Assembly: GCA_034669145.1 (NCBI GenBank)
Contig: JAXDNY010000060.1
Location: 18,555-82,554, forward strand
Reading direction: 5' to 3'
Length of the DNA stretch: 64,000 bases
From: Hyphomicrobiales bacterium
Lineage (GTDB): Bacteria > Pseudomonadota > Alphaproteobacteria > Rhizobiales > Xanthobacteraceae
Shown: in pieces, positions 47,299 to 56,709 of the stretch
How the letters are laid out: each line of letters opens with the position of its first letter
Position numbering within the stretch: position 1 is the stretch's first letter
Made by a program: the position numbers and the translations under genes
Notes under the pieces: model-generated
Seen by the model: the letters and a program-made list of their open reading frames with translations, nothing else
The model's database searches: none
What the model was told of the DNA's origin: nothing

Positions 47299-48693
47299 AT
47301 GGCTGAAACAACGTCCGTGAATGCCCTCGCGGCGCTATGGCGGCAGGCGGGCCATCGGAACGGGGCGCTGGAAGCCGTCACGCTGACCGGTGCCGAGCCG
47401 GCTTTGCCGTCATCCTTCGCTGTCGGCACCGCCGCTCAAACCACTATCGCGGCGTCCGCGCTGGCGGCCGCCGAGCTGTGGCGGTCGCGCACGGGGCGGC
47501 AGCAACACGTTGCGGTCGATATGCGCGATGCCGCAATCGAGTTTCGCAGCGAGCGCTACATGCGCCTCGACGGCAAGCCGCCCGAGGAATTGTGGGACAA
47601 GATCGCCGGGCTCTATCGTTGCGGCGACGGACGCTTCGTGCGGCTGCACACGAACTTTCCGCATCACCGCGATGGCGTGCTGAAGCTGCTCGGCTGCGAC
47701 TACACGCGTGAAGCGGTGAAGGCCGCGCTGAACGGCTGGGAGGGAGAACAATTCGAGACGGCGGCTGCCGAAGCCGGATTGGTCGTCACGATGACGCGCT
47801 CATTCGCCGAATGGGACGCGCACCCGCAGGGCCGCGCGGTCGCGGGGCTGCCGACGTTCACGATCGAGAAAATCGGCGAGGCACCGCCGGTGCCGCTGTC
47901 GCCCGGCGACCGGCCGCTGTCCGGCGTGCGCGTCCTCGACCTCACCCGTGTGATCGCCGGTCCGGTATGCGGACGCACGCTCGCCGTGCACGGCGCCGAT
48001 GTGCTCCTGGTCACGGCAGCGCATCTGCCGCAGATGATGCCGCTGGTGATGGACAGCGGCCGCGGCAAGCTCTCGACCTTCATCGATCTGCGCGACGCGA
48101 CCGGGCGCGACACACTCGCGAGCCTCGTGCGCGATGCCGACATTTTCGTCCAGGGCTATCGGCCGGGTGCGGTGAAGGGAAGCGGTTTTGGCCCCGACGA
48201 GGCCGCGCGATTGCGCCCCGGCATCGTCTATGTGTCGCTCTGCGCCTACGGCCACCAAGGCCCGTGGGCGAACCGGCGCGGCTTCGACTCGCTGGTGCAG
48301 AACGCCAACGGCATCAACGATGCCGAAGCGCTGGCCGCCGGCGCGAAGCACCCGAAGCCGCTGCCCTGCCAGGCACTCGACCACGCGGCGGGCTACCTGA
48401 TGGCGTTCGGCGCCATGACGGCACTGGCGCGGCGCGCGACGCAAGGCGGAAGCTGGCACGCGCGCGTGTCGCTCGCACAGACCGGTCACTGGATCCGAAA
48501 CCTCGGGCGCATCGACGGTCTGGCGTGTCCCGATCCCGGTTCCGAGGCCGTGCAGGATCGGCTCGACGAAAACGATTCAGGCTTCGGCCGTCTCACCACC
48601 GTGCGCCATGCCGCCACGATGTCGGAAACGCCGCCGCACTGGGCGCGGCCCTCGGTGCCGCTTGGGACGCATCCAGCGGAATGGACGGACTAA
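47299..48693 (+). CDS. Family III CoA-transferase (CaiB/BaiF type)
   Basis: ORF 47284..48693 (GTG 47284 or ATG 47299). LSGVRVLDLTRVIAGPVCGRTLAVHGADVL and RGFDSLVQNANGI. Confidence 0.8.
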   Translation: MAETTSVNALAALWRQAGHRNGALEAVTLTGAEPALPSSFAVGTAAQTTIAASALAAAELWRSRTGRQQHVAVDMRDAAIEFRSERYMRLDGKPPEELWDKIAGLYRCGDGRFVRLHTNFPHHRDGVLKLLGCDYTREAVKAALNGWEGEQFETAAAEAGLVVTMTRSFAEWDAHPQGRAVAGLPTFTIEKIGEAPPVPLSPGDRPLSGVRVLDLTRVIAGPVCGRTLAVHGADVLLVTAAHLPQMMPLVMDSGRGKLSTFIDLRDATGRDTLASLVRDADIFVQGYRPGAVKGSGFGPDEAARLRPGIVYVSLCAYGHQGPWANRRGFDSLVQNANGINDAEALAAGAKHPKPLPCQALDHAAGYLMAFGAMTALARRATQGGSWHARVSLAQTGHWIRNLGRIDGLACPDPGSEAVQDRLDENDSGFGRLTTVRHAATMSETPPHWARPSVPLGTHPAEWTD

Positions 48694-48700
48694 CTCAGAT

Positions 48701-48811
48701 TGTCATCCCGGCCAAGCGAGCGAAGCGAGCGCGAGCCGGGACCCATCGTGCAACAAACGACTGACGGCGGTTTATGGGTCCCGGGTCTCCCTTCGGTCGC
48801 CCGGGATGACA
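48701..48811. repeat. MITE-like nested inverted-repeat element, copy C (111 bp)
   Basis: Termini tgtcatcccgg / ccgggatgaca. Inner pair gccgggacccat / atgggtcccggg. It overlaps the last 12 codons and the stop of the asparaginase ORF. Confidence 0.85.
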
Positions 48812-49812
48812 CTGAGTGTGTCGCTCGGCCGCAGCCCACCCACCTCAATCCCGTTCCAGTTTCGCAACGTCGGCCGCACGAATCGTTCGAGCGCCGCGCG
48901 TTCTTCGCCGGACAGCGGCAGGAAGCGCGCGATCATCGCCGCCATCGCAACTTCGGCCGCGCGTGTTGCGCCATCGTCGCATTTGAGCGCAACACCGATG
49001 CCCTGCTCGGGTAGCGCGCCGCAAAACACGCCTTCGGCACCAGTCTTGACCAGCACGCGTGCGCCGAAGCGCTTCATGATCTCGGTACAGAAGCGCCCGG
49101 TGCCGGCCACGTAGTAAGGCTGCGCCGCGCAGGCCGCGCGCAGGCGCACGGCTGCTTTCGCACGCTCGGGCGCCAAGCTCCTCCCCGTTGCAAACTTTGC
49201 GAAGGCATGCGCCAGCGCCGTCAACGGCACGCCCCAAGTCGGGATCGAGCAGCCGTCGATGCCGCAGACATCCGCGCCGAGGCCCACGCGGGTGAGATCT
49301 TCGACCGCGGCGCGCACCTCGCGCTGCACGACATGCTCCGCCGCAACATAGCCGCGATGATCCACACCCGCCGCACACGCGACGCACACAAAGCCCGCAT
49401 GCTTGCCGGAGCAATTGTTATGCAGCGCCGACGGCGCGCCGCCGGACCGCGCGAGCCCCTGGCTCGAGGGCTGGTGGCTCGGCCAATGAACGCCACATTC
49501 GAGCGCGCCAAGATCGAGCCCGGCGCGCGCGAGCATGCGCGCCGCCACCTCGACATGCGCCGGCTCGCCGCCGTGACTGGCGCAAGCGAGCGCCAGTTCC
49601 TCGTCACCGAAGCCATAGCGGTCCGCGGCGCCGCTCTCGATCAGCGCCAGCGCCTGGATCGGCTTCACGGCCGAGCGCGGGTAGACCGGCCGCATCACAT
49701 CGCCGAGCGACAGCACGGCCGCGCCGTCCGCGTCGACCACGGCAACCGCGCCGCGATGGCGGCTTTCGGTCAGCGCCCCACGCACCACTTCGACCAGAAC
49801 GGGATTACGCAT
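48772..49812 (-). CDS. Asparaginase II family protein (Rhizobium AnsA type)
   Basis: 346-aa ORF. TESRHRGAVAVVD, YPRSAVKPIQAL, HNNCSGKHAGF and VKTGAEGV. The C-terminal VIPGDRRETRDP is encoded by MITE copy C. Confidence 0.8.
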   Translation of the reverse strand: MRNPVLVEVVRGALTESRHRGAVAVVDADGAAVLSLGDVMRPVYPRSAVKPIQALALIESGAADRYGFGDEELALACASHGGEPAHVEVAARMLARAGLDLGALECGVHWPSHQPSSQGLARSGGAPSALHNNCSGKHAGFVCVACAAGVDHRGYVAAEHVVQREVRAAVEDLTRVGLGADVCGIDGCSIPTWGVPLTALAHAFAKFATGRSLAPERAKAAVRLRAACAAQPYYVAGTGRFCTEIMKRFGARVLVKTGAEGVFCGALPEQGIGVALKCDDGATRAAEVAMAAMIARFLPLSGEERAALERFVRPTLRNWNGIEVGGLRPSDTLSVIPGDRRETRDP

Positions 49813-49887
49813 TTGTCATGTTATCCGATCGCTTGCCGCCTGCCCTTGCCACAGTCCCGGCGGAAACCATTTATACTCATCGATACC

Positions 49888-50676
49888 ATGGACCAGCCGC
49901 CCCGCCGTTCACGCCGCAAACTCATCATGCTCACCATTCTCGCATTGTTTCTGCTGCCGGTCGCGGCGCGCGCGGCGTTGTTCGCCTATGAGAACGGGCC
50001 GCGCTCCTGGCGCGACGCCGACTGGTCGAGCACCGGGACGCTGCCGGCCGCCGCCGCGCACCCGGCGGCGCGCGTGCTGGTGATGACCGGCCAGACCGGC
50101 GGCTGGAAGGGCGCGGTCGCGGTGCACAGCTGGATCGTGCTCAAGCGCGAGAACGCGCGCAGCTGGACCCGCTATGACGTGGTCGGCTGGGGCAATCCGG
50201 TGCGCACCAACGGCTGGGCGCCGGACGGACGCTGGTACGGCAACCAGCCGACGGTGCTGGCCGACATCAGCGGCGCGCAGGCCGCCGCGCTCATCCCACG
50301 CATCGAGGAGACGGTGAAGGGCTACGCGTTCGCCAACTCGGGCGACTACCGCATCTGGCCGGGTCCGAACAGCAACACGTTCGTCGCGACCGTGCTGCGC
50401 GCCGTGCCGGAGCTCGGCGTGACGATGCCGCCGAACGCGATCGGGCGCGATTATCGGCCTTATCCGTATGTGGGCCTGAGCGACAGCGGTACCGGCGTCG
50501 AGGCGAGCCTGTGGGGCGTGCTCGGCGTCAAGCTCGGCTGGGTCGAGGGGATCGAGGTGAACGTGCTCGGCCTCGTCGCGGGGCTAGACCTGCGCCACCC
50601 GGCGGTGAAGCTGCCGGCGTTCGGGCGGATCGGGTTCGAGGCGCCCGCCGTGCGCAGCGCCAACGCCGGATCATGA
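49888..50676 (+). CDS. DUF3750 domain membrane protein
   Basis: Internal ATG 49888 of ORF 49207..50676. N-terminal TM helix. HSWIVLKRE...RYDVVGWG...YRIWPGPNSNTF. Confidence 0.65.
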   Translation: MDQPPRRSRRKLIMLTILALFLLPVAARAALFAYENGPRSWRDADWSSTGTLPAAAAHPAARVLVMTGQTGGWKGAVAVHSWIVLKRENARSWTRYDVVGWGNPVRTNGWAPDGRWYGNQPTVLADISGAQAAALIPRIEETVKGYAFANSGDYRIWPGPNSNTFVATVLRAVPELGVTMPPNAIGRDYRPYPYVGLSDSGTGVEASLWGVLGVKLGWVEGIEVNVLGLVAGLDLRHPAVKLPAFGRIGFEAPAVRSANAGS

Positions 50677-51840
50677 GGCGGCGGGCATCCGCCGCTGCAC
50701 CAGCCGGAGGAAGCCGGCGAGCACGAGACAGCAGAGCAGCATCCCGACCGCGAACAGAAGCGACGCCGTGATCGATCCGGTCCAATCGCGCAATAGCCCC
50801 GCGAACGCGATCAGCACCGGCATGCCGCCGAAATACCAGAGAAAGTAGACCCCGAAGCCTGGCCCGCGCGCGCGCGGATTGATCACCTCGGCGGCAAGCG
50901 AGCCGACAACCGGCGTCGCGATCGAGAACACGATCCCGAACAGCGTGAACAAGAGGAATGGATAGGGGACGAACGGGATCAGCGCGCCGAGCACGATGCT
51001 GGCCGCGAGCCCGCTCACCATCACGATGTTCGGTGCCCGATAGTGCGTCGCCAGATAGCCCCCGAGCGGCAGGGCGAAGATGCACATCCACGACATCAGG
51101 CTGACGACAGCGCTCGCGCCCGCAATCGAAGCGCCGCGTTCGATCAGGTGAGCCGGCCCGAAGCTGAGCATCACCAGATAGGCGCCGTTCAGGAACATCC
51201 AGATGATGCCCGCTAGGCACGCGATCTTGATGTCCGACCAGGTCAGTGTGTGTGGTTCTTCGGCGACCGACGCCCGATGATCGGAGGGACTGTGGTAGAA
51301 CGCAGCCATCAGAAGCAGCGCCAGCGCAACGAGCGTCGCGCTTGAACCGAATACGAATTGCCAGGATTGAACTTCCGCGAGCCAGCTCTGTGTCGCCTGA
51401 CCGGCCGCGATCCCGACCGGCCAGCCGACGATGAAGATCGCATTGCCGAGGAACAGTTCCTTGTCGGCGAACCAATCGGTCAGCATTTTCGACATCAGGA
51501 CAATCAGGATCGCGCCGCCGACGCCGGCCAGAACATGGCCGAACAGGACCGTGTAGTAGGACTGCGCCTGGCACGCGACGACGCCGCCGATGACCATCAG
51601 CGCCATCCCGAACGTCACGACGGATTTGTCGCCGAAGCGCCGGCCGAGAAACCCGCTCGGCAGCGAGATCGCGATCCCGGGCAGGATGAAGCCGCCGACC
51701 AGCAGCCCGACTTGAGTGTAGCCGATGCCGAAATCGTGGATCAGGAAGGGGGCAACCGATCCGGCCGACTGGAACTGGTATCCGAGCGCAAATCGGGCTG
51801 CGAACAGCACCGCAAGGATGAACCAACGGCTTTCGAGCAT
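50671..51840 (-). CDS. MFS transporter
   Basis: 389-aa ORF with about 12 TM helices and an MFS-like loop, GFLGRRFGDK. Confidence 0.8.
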   Translation of the reverse strand: MLESRWFILAVLFAARFALGYQFQSAGSVAPFLIHDFGIGYTQVGLLVGGFILPGIAISLPSGFLGRRFGDKSVVTFGMALMVIGGVVACQAQSYYTVLFGHVLAGVGGAILIVLMSKMLTDWFADKELFLGNAIFIVGWPVGIAAGQATQSWLAEVQSWQFVFGSSATLVALALLLMAAFYHSPSDHRASVAEEPHTLTWSDIKIACLAGIIWMFLNGAYLVMLSFGPAHLIERGASIAGASAVVSLMSWMCIFALPLGGYLATHYRAPNIVMVSGLAASIVLGALIPFVPYPFLLFTLFGIVFSIATPVVGSLAAEVINPRARGPGFGVYFLWYFGGMPVLIAFAGLLRDWTGSITASLLFAVGMLLCCLVLAGFLRLVQRRMPAAS

Positions 51841-52068
51841 GAAGTTCCCTTGGCGTGCGTCCGGATAGGCGCACGGTCACCGTCCCCAACAACGTGAGGG
51901 TGAAGACTCGGCCCCTGCCTATTGGTTAATGGGCCGTTGACCGTGGGGCAAGCCAACATCCCCCATTTTCATTTACCGCATAGATAGATTGTTCATCCAA
52001 AGTCACCGTGCGCTGGCGGAGCCAGTGCTGCTTTTCCGGGCCTTTGCGCCCCACGTGGGTGAGTTTTG

Positions 52069-54390
52069 ATGACATCCATAAGTCTGTCTTCCGGAGCCGT
52101 CGAACGGCCGATCGCGGTCCCGCCCGACATCTACATCCCTTTGGTTGATTCCCTCTACAAGGATGGCCGCACGCTGCTGACCGGCACGATCTTCGTCGTC
52201 GGGTCGATCCTCACCACGTTCTGGAAGACCGGCGAGCCGCTGTTCCTCGTCTGCGCGCTCGCGGTCGTTGCGGTCGCCTGCGTGCGCGGCCTCGTCATGC
52301 GCGCCTACGCGCGCGTCCGCACGACCGTAAAGAGCAACGCAATCGCGCGGCGCTGGGAGAAGCGCTACGTCGCGGGCGCAGCGTCCTCGGTCGGCCTGCT
52401 CGGAATCTGGTGCTACATCGCGTTCTCCAGGACCAGCGATCCCTTCGCGCATCTCATCAGCTTTTCGATGACCATCGCCTACGTGGTCGGGATCTTCGGC
52501 CGCAACTTCGGCAATTCGCGTTCGGTCATCATCCAGATCATGTGCGCGTGGGTCCCGATCACGGCCGCGCTGCTGCTGCACGGCGACATCTACCACTGGA
52601 TCTTCGCCGGCCTGCTCGGGCCGTTTTTCCTCGCCGTGAAGTTCATCGCCGAGCGCTTGCGGCTGACCTTGCTCGACGCCGTGGTCGCATCGCGCGACAT
52701 GGCGTTGCTGGCAAAGCGGTTCGATACGGCGCTCAACAACATGCCGCACGGCCTGTGCATGTTCGATGCCGAGCGCCGCATCGTCGTGGCCAACAAGCGG
52801 TTGAGCGAGCATCTCGGCTTGCCGGTGGAAAGCGAACTGAAAGGGTTGAGTCCGGAGCGGCTGGTGACGCTCGCTGTCGAAACCGGGCTGATCCCGAACG
52901 ATCAGGCCGAGCGGCTGGTTGGCGATCTCAATGCCCGCCTTTCGGGCGCCGAGACCCATGCTTTCGCGGTCGACCTGCACAACAGCAGAACGCTCGAATT
53001 CACCGTGCAGCCGATGGAGAACGGCGGAATGGTGCTGCTGGGCGAGGACATCACCGAGCGCAAGATCGCGCAGGCCAGGATCAATCATCTCGCGCGGTTC
53101 GACTCGCTGACCGGCTTGCCGAACCGGACGATCCTGCGCAGCCGCATGGACAACGCACTCGCGGAGTGCACCTCCGAGCAAATGTGCGCGGTGCACTTCA
53201 TCGACCTCGACCAGTTCAAGCAGGTCAACGATACGCTGGGGCATTCGCGCGGCGATCTGCTGCTGGTGGCGGTCGCGGAGCGGTTGCGCAAGGTCGTGCG
53301 CGAGACCGATGTCATCGCGCGCTTCGGCGGTGACGAGTTCGTGGTGTTGCAGTATCCCGTGACGTCGCTCGACCAGGCGTCCGCGCTCGCCCAGCGCATG
53401 CTGGAAGGCCTCAAGGGAAACTACGAGATCGACGGCCACGAAGTCGCCGTCAGCGCCAGCATCGGGCTCGCCATCGCAAGCGCCACGGATACCGATGCGG
53501 ATCAACTCCTGAAAAACTCCGACATGGCGCTGTACCGCGCGAAGGCGGAAAACCGCGGGACCTGGCGCTGGTTCGAGGCCGAGATGGAAGCGCGCGCGCA
53601 AGCGCGCCGCAGCCTCGAACTCGACCTGCGTACCGCGCTCGAAGCCGAGGCCTTCGATCTTTATTACCAGCCGATCTTCGACATCCGCACCCGGCGCATC
53701 CTCTCCTGCGAGGCTCTGCTGCGCTGGCACCATCACGAACGCGGCATGGTGTCGCCGGGAGAGTTCATCTCGGTTGCGGAGGAGATGGGCATTATCGTCG
53801 AAATCGGACAGCAGGTGTTGCGCAAGGCCTGCCTCGAATGCCGCCGCTGGCCGGGCGATACGCGCGTCGCCGTCAACCTTTCGCCCATCCAGTTCAGCCG
53901 GTCGAATGTTCCAGCGACCATCCGCCAGACGCTGGCGGCCACCGGTCTTGCGGCGGATCGCCTGCACGTCGAGATCACCGAATCGACCCTGCTGCAGGAC
54001 ACGCGCAAGACACGGGCCGCGCTGCGCCAGCTCGAAACGATCGGTGTGCAGGTCTCGCTCGACGACTTCGGTACGGGGTATTCGAGTCTGAGCTATCTGC
54101 ACAGCTTCCCGCTGCACAAGGTCAAGATCGACCAGTCCTTCGTGCAGGATCTCAATAACGCGCGCCGGGTGACGCTGCTGCGTGGTGTGGCGCGACTGAG
54201 CGCGGAACTGGGGCTGCGCGTCACGGTCGAAGGCGTAGAAACCGAAGAACAGCTCGCATTGATCGCGGGCGAAACGAGCGTCGACGAGGTGCAGGGCTAT
54301 CTGCTCGGCAGGCCCCTGCCCGCCGCCGATGTCCGCGAGCTGTTGAACGCGATGAATCCGGCGTCGGCCGCGATGGAACAAGTGGCCTGA
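52069..54390 (+). CDS. Membrane-anchored PAS-GGDEF-EAL protein (diguanylate cyclase/phosphodiesterase)
   Basis: ORF 52066..54390. About 6 TM helices and a PAS domain. RFGGDEFVV; EALLRW, DDFGTGYSSLSYL and KIDQSFV. Confidence 0.9.
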   Translation: MTSISLSSGAVERPIAVPPDIYIPLVDSLYKDGRTLLTGTIFVVGSILTTFWKTGEPLFLVCALAVVAVACVRGLVMRAYARVRTTVKSNAIARRWEKRYVAGAASSVGLLGIWCYIAFSRTSDPFAHLISFSMTIAYVVGIFGRNFGNSRSVIIQIMCAWVPITAALLLHGDIYHWIFAGLLGPFFLAVKFIAERLRLTLLDAVVASRDMALLAKRFDTALNNMPHGLCMFDAERRIVVANKRLSEHLGLPVESELKGLSPERLVTLAVETGLIPNDQAERLVGDLNARLSGAETHAFAVDLHNSRTLEFTVQPMENGGMVLLGEDITERKIAQARINHLARFDSLTGLPNRTILRSRMDNALAECTSEQMCAVHFIDLDQFKQVNDTLGHSRGDLLLVAVAERLRKVVRETDVIARFGGDEFVVLQYPVTSLDQASALAQRMLEGLKGNYEIDGHEVAVSASIGLAIASATDTDADQLLKNSDMALYRAKAENRGTWRWFEAEMEARAQARRSLELDLRTALEAEAFDLYYQPIFDIRTRRILSCEALLRWHHHERGMVSPGEFISVAEEMGIIVEIGQQVLRKACLECRRWPGDTRVAVNLSPIQFSRSNVPATIRQTLAATGLAADRLHVEITESTLLQDTRKTRAALRQLETIGVQVSLDDFGTGYSSLSYLHSFPLHKVKIDQSFVQDLNNARRVTLLRGVARLSAELGLRVTVEGVETEEQLALIAGETSVDEVQGYLLGRPLPAADVRELLNAMNPASAAMEQVA

Positions 54391-54404
54391 GCTCGCCCGA
54401 TCGT

Positions 54405-54452
54405 GCGCAGGCGACGTAGCGGGTAACGCCTGCGCGCAGGTATTTTTATTTT
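54405..54452 (+). terminator. Candidate intrinsic terminator of the GGDEF-EAL gene
   Basis: 9-bp stem gcgcaggcg (54405-54413) / cgcctgcgc (54427-54435) with a 13-nt loop. After 6 nt comes tatttttatttt (54441-54452). Confidence 0.5.
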
Positions 54453-54688
54453 CTAGTATAGATTGTTAGGTGGTAGACCGGACTGCAGACGATCGCAGGT
54501 CGTTTCCAGGTGTTGCGCGATCGCGGCTAAGGATCGCCGCAGCCCGCAAATCAACACACGTCAGGAACTCGCAAGCCATCGTGGTTCTTGACCGCATGCC
54601 CTCGCCGCCATTCGGACGATCCCAGCCTAATCGCACAGTGACGATACGTAAGCTCCCTCGGCGGTTCGCCTCAAAGGTTCCGGCCGAG

Positions 54689-54737
54689 TTAACCTTAACG
54701 GACCGCTAAGGTTGTAAACCCGTTAAGGAAGTGTTAA
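54689..54737 (+). promoter_or_regulatory. TTAA-rich leader with competing inverted repeats and a TTAA-N7-TTAA (CtrA-box-like) motif upstream of the FeeM-like gene
   Basis: Four TTAA within 49 nt. AACCTTA (54691-97)/TAAGGTT (54707-13). CCTTAACGG (54693-701)/CCGTTAAGG (54720-28). TTAA-ggaagtg-TTAA at 54723-54737, 38 nt before ATG 54775. Confidence 0.35.
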
Positions 54738-54774
54738 TCCATTTCTCACGGTGCGATAGTGAGGAGGGGTGAGT

Positions 54775-55560
54775 ATGGGTGCCGCGGCGGTTGCGCTGTC
54801 TCCTGTCGAGTCCCGTTTCGCTCCACGGCCCGAACCTCAAAACAATTTTTCCAATCGCGTCGCGGAGTTGCTGGACCGGCTCGACTGCCGGCTTGCGGAA
54901 ACACCCGAAGAGCGCGAGTCGATCTTCCGCCTGCGCTACGAGTGCTACCTGCGCGAAGGCGCGATCTCTCCCAACGCGTCGGAGACCTTCTCCGACCGCT
55001 ACGACGACTCGCCGAACGCCCGCATCTTCGGCCTCTATCTCGACGGCGAGCTTGCGAGCTCGATCCGCATCCACGTCACTTCGCCGGAGCATTCCGACTT
55101 TCCGAGCTACCACGTGTTCGAGGATCTGCTCGAACCCGAGCTGAGCGCAGGCCAGGTGATCGTCGACCCGACGCGCTTCGTGACCAACAAGACGCTGTCC
55201 CAACTCAATCCCGGCCTGCCCTACGCGACGCTGCGTCTGTGCTGGCTCGCGGCCGAGCACTTCAAAGCCGAGCATTTCCTCGTCGCGATCCGCACCGAGC
55301 ATCAGGCGTTCTACAAGCGCACGTTCCGCCACCACCTGATCTGCGATGCGCGCCCCTACCCGTTGCTCGCCAAGCCGATCAGCCTGATGACGGTGGACGT
55401 CGCACACGTCTCCGAGCAGGTCTACCGGCGCTATCCGTTCTTCCGCTCGACATTCTTCGAGCGGCGCATGCTGTTCGAACGGAGCCTTTGGATGCCCGCC
55501 CAATCCGTGCCGCGGGCCGCGACCGTGCTGTCGATCGATCACTACCGGGCGGCGCAGTAA
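54775..55560 (+). CDS. FeeM-type N-acyl amino acid synthase-like (LuxI/GNAT-fold) protein
   Basis: ORF 54769..55560. ATG 54775 lies 7 nt after GAGGAGG. ERESIFRLRYECYLREGAI...IFGLYLDGELASSIRIHV...DPTRFV resembles the FeeM/N-acyl amino acid synthase core as I remember it. Confidence 0.6.
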   Translation: MGAAAVALSPVESRFAPRPEPQNNFSNRVAELLDRLDCRLAETPEERESIFRLRYECYLREGAISPNASETFSDRYDDSPNARIFGLYLDGELASSIRIHVTSPEHSDFPSYHVFEDLLEPELSAGQVIVDPTRFVTNKTLSQLNPGLPYATLRLCWLAAEHFKAEHFLVAIRTEHQAFYKRTFRHHLICDARPYPLLAKPISLMTVDVAHVSEQVYRRYPFFRSTFFERRMLFERSLWMPAQSVPRAATVLSIDHYRAAQ

Positions 55561-55608
55561 CCCGCCCCATCGACACCGCCGCGCGAAACAAACGATCACT
55601 CACGCGAA

Positions 55609-55722
55609 TGTCATCCCGGCCGAAGCTCGCTTAGCGGGCGAGAGCCGGGACCCATGCTGCAAAATTCGCTATCCTGTGGGATATGGGTCCCGGATAGCCG
55701 CTTTGCGGCTTCCGGGATGACA
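55609..55722. repeat. MITE-like nested inverted-repeat element, copy D (114 bp)
   Basis: Termini tgtcatcccgg / ccgggatgaca. Inner pair gccgggacccat / atgggtcccgg. It lies between the FeeM-like gene and the radical SAM gene. Confidence 0.85.
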
Positions 55723-55734
55723 GCCGGTGAGATC

Positions 55735-56709
55735 ATGAAGGACTCGTGGCCCCTGCTCGACAAGATTCCGTTCCCCGCCATCCAGCGCGGGCGGCTGGAA
55801 ACCCTGCAGGTCAATGTCGGCTATCGCTGCAATCAGTCGTGCGTGCATTGCCACGTCAATGCCGGGCCGAACCGCACCGAGGAAATGGACGCCGCGACCG
55901 CCGATCTGGTGGTCGCGTTCCTGGAACGGCGGCGCATCTCGACACTCGACATCACCGGCGGCGCGCCCGAGCTGAACGCAAACTTCCGCCGCATGGTGAG
56001 CGCCGCGCGCGACATGGCGGTGAAGGTGATCGACCGCCATAACCTGACCGTGCAGGAGCAGCCGGGGCAGGAAGACCTCGCGGAATTCCTTGCCGCCAAC
56101 CAGGTCGAGATCGTCGCCTCGATGCCCTGCTATTTGCAGGATAATGTCGACAACCAGCGCGGCAAGGGCGTCTATGACGGCTCGGTGCGCGGCTTGAAGC
56201 GCCTCAACGCGCTCGGCTACGGCCGCGAGGGATCCGGGTTGACGCTCAACCTCGTCTACAATCCGCTCGGCCCCTCGCTGCCGCCGCCGCAGCTTGAGCT
56301 TGAGGCCGACTACAAGCGCGTGCTCGGTGAACGGTTCGGCATCGTGTTCAACAGCCTGTTCACGCTCGCCAACATGCCGATCCAGCGCTTCGGTGCGATC
56401 CTGTTGTCGCGGGGCGAGTTCGACGGCTATCTGCACACGCTGCAACACGCGCATCGCGACGACAATCTTGCCGGCGTGATGTGCCGCACCCTGCTCTCGG
56501 TGGATTATCGCGGCTACGTCTATGATTGCGACTTCAACCAGATGCTCGATCTGCCGCTCACGCACGGCGGCTACGAGCGCGTGCATCTCCATGATTTGCT
56601 CGACGAGGACATCACGGGCAATCCGATCCGCGTCGCCGGCCACTGCTTCGGCTGCACCGCCGGGCAGGGCTCGAGCTGCGGCGGCGCGCTGAAGGAAGCG
56701 GCGGAGTGA
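55735..56709 (+). CDS. Radical SAM/Cys-rich domain protein (ArsS / TIGR04167-like)
   Basis: Internal ATG 55735. CX3CX2C motif within GYRCNQSCVHCHVNAGP. DITGGAPELN, NMPIQRF, YDCDFNQM, and a C-terminal HCFGCTAGQGSSCGG (the Cys form of the Sec/Cys position). Confidence 0.8.
   Translation: MKDSWPLLDKIPFPAIQRGRLETLQVNVGYRCNQSCVHCHVNAGPNRTEEMDAATADLVVAFLERRRISTLDITGGAPELNANFRRMVSAARDMAVKVIDRHNLTVQEQPGQEDLAEFLAANQVEIVASMPCYLQDNVDNQRGKGVYDGSVRGLKRLNALGYGREGSGLTLNLVYNPLGPSLPPPQLELEADYKRVLGERFGIVFNSLFTLANMPIQRFGAILLSRGEFDGYLHTLQHAHRDDNLAGVMCRTLLSVDYRGYVYDCDFNQMLDLPLTHGGYERVHLHDLLDEDITGNPIRVAGHCFGCTAGQGSSCGGALKEAAE

Noticed and set aside
51841-51960. Possible riboswitch-like structure (GGGGACGG..., GUGCGCC...GGACGCAC) in the leader of the MFS transporter gene.
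   Set aside because: It is only a short 5-bp stem with an ACGG-containing segment. It does not match the guanidine (ykkC/mini-ykkC) or other riboswitch consensus as I remember them, and an MFS gene is not a typical associated gene.
51984-54467. Shared 10-mer ATAGATTGTT at 51984-51993 (upstream of the GGDEF-EAL gene) and 54458-54467 (downstream of it).
   Set aside because: Both copies sit in short AT-rich stretches, where a single 10-nt match is roughly what chance predicts. There is no extended similarity or symmetry around them.
54470-54709. 79-aa ORF inside the leader of the FeeM-like gene.
   Set aside because: It has no SD, Arg/Ser/Pro-rich composition and no recognisable family. The region is better explained as a non-coding regulatory leader.
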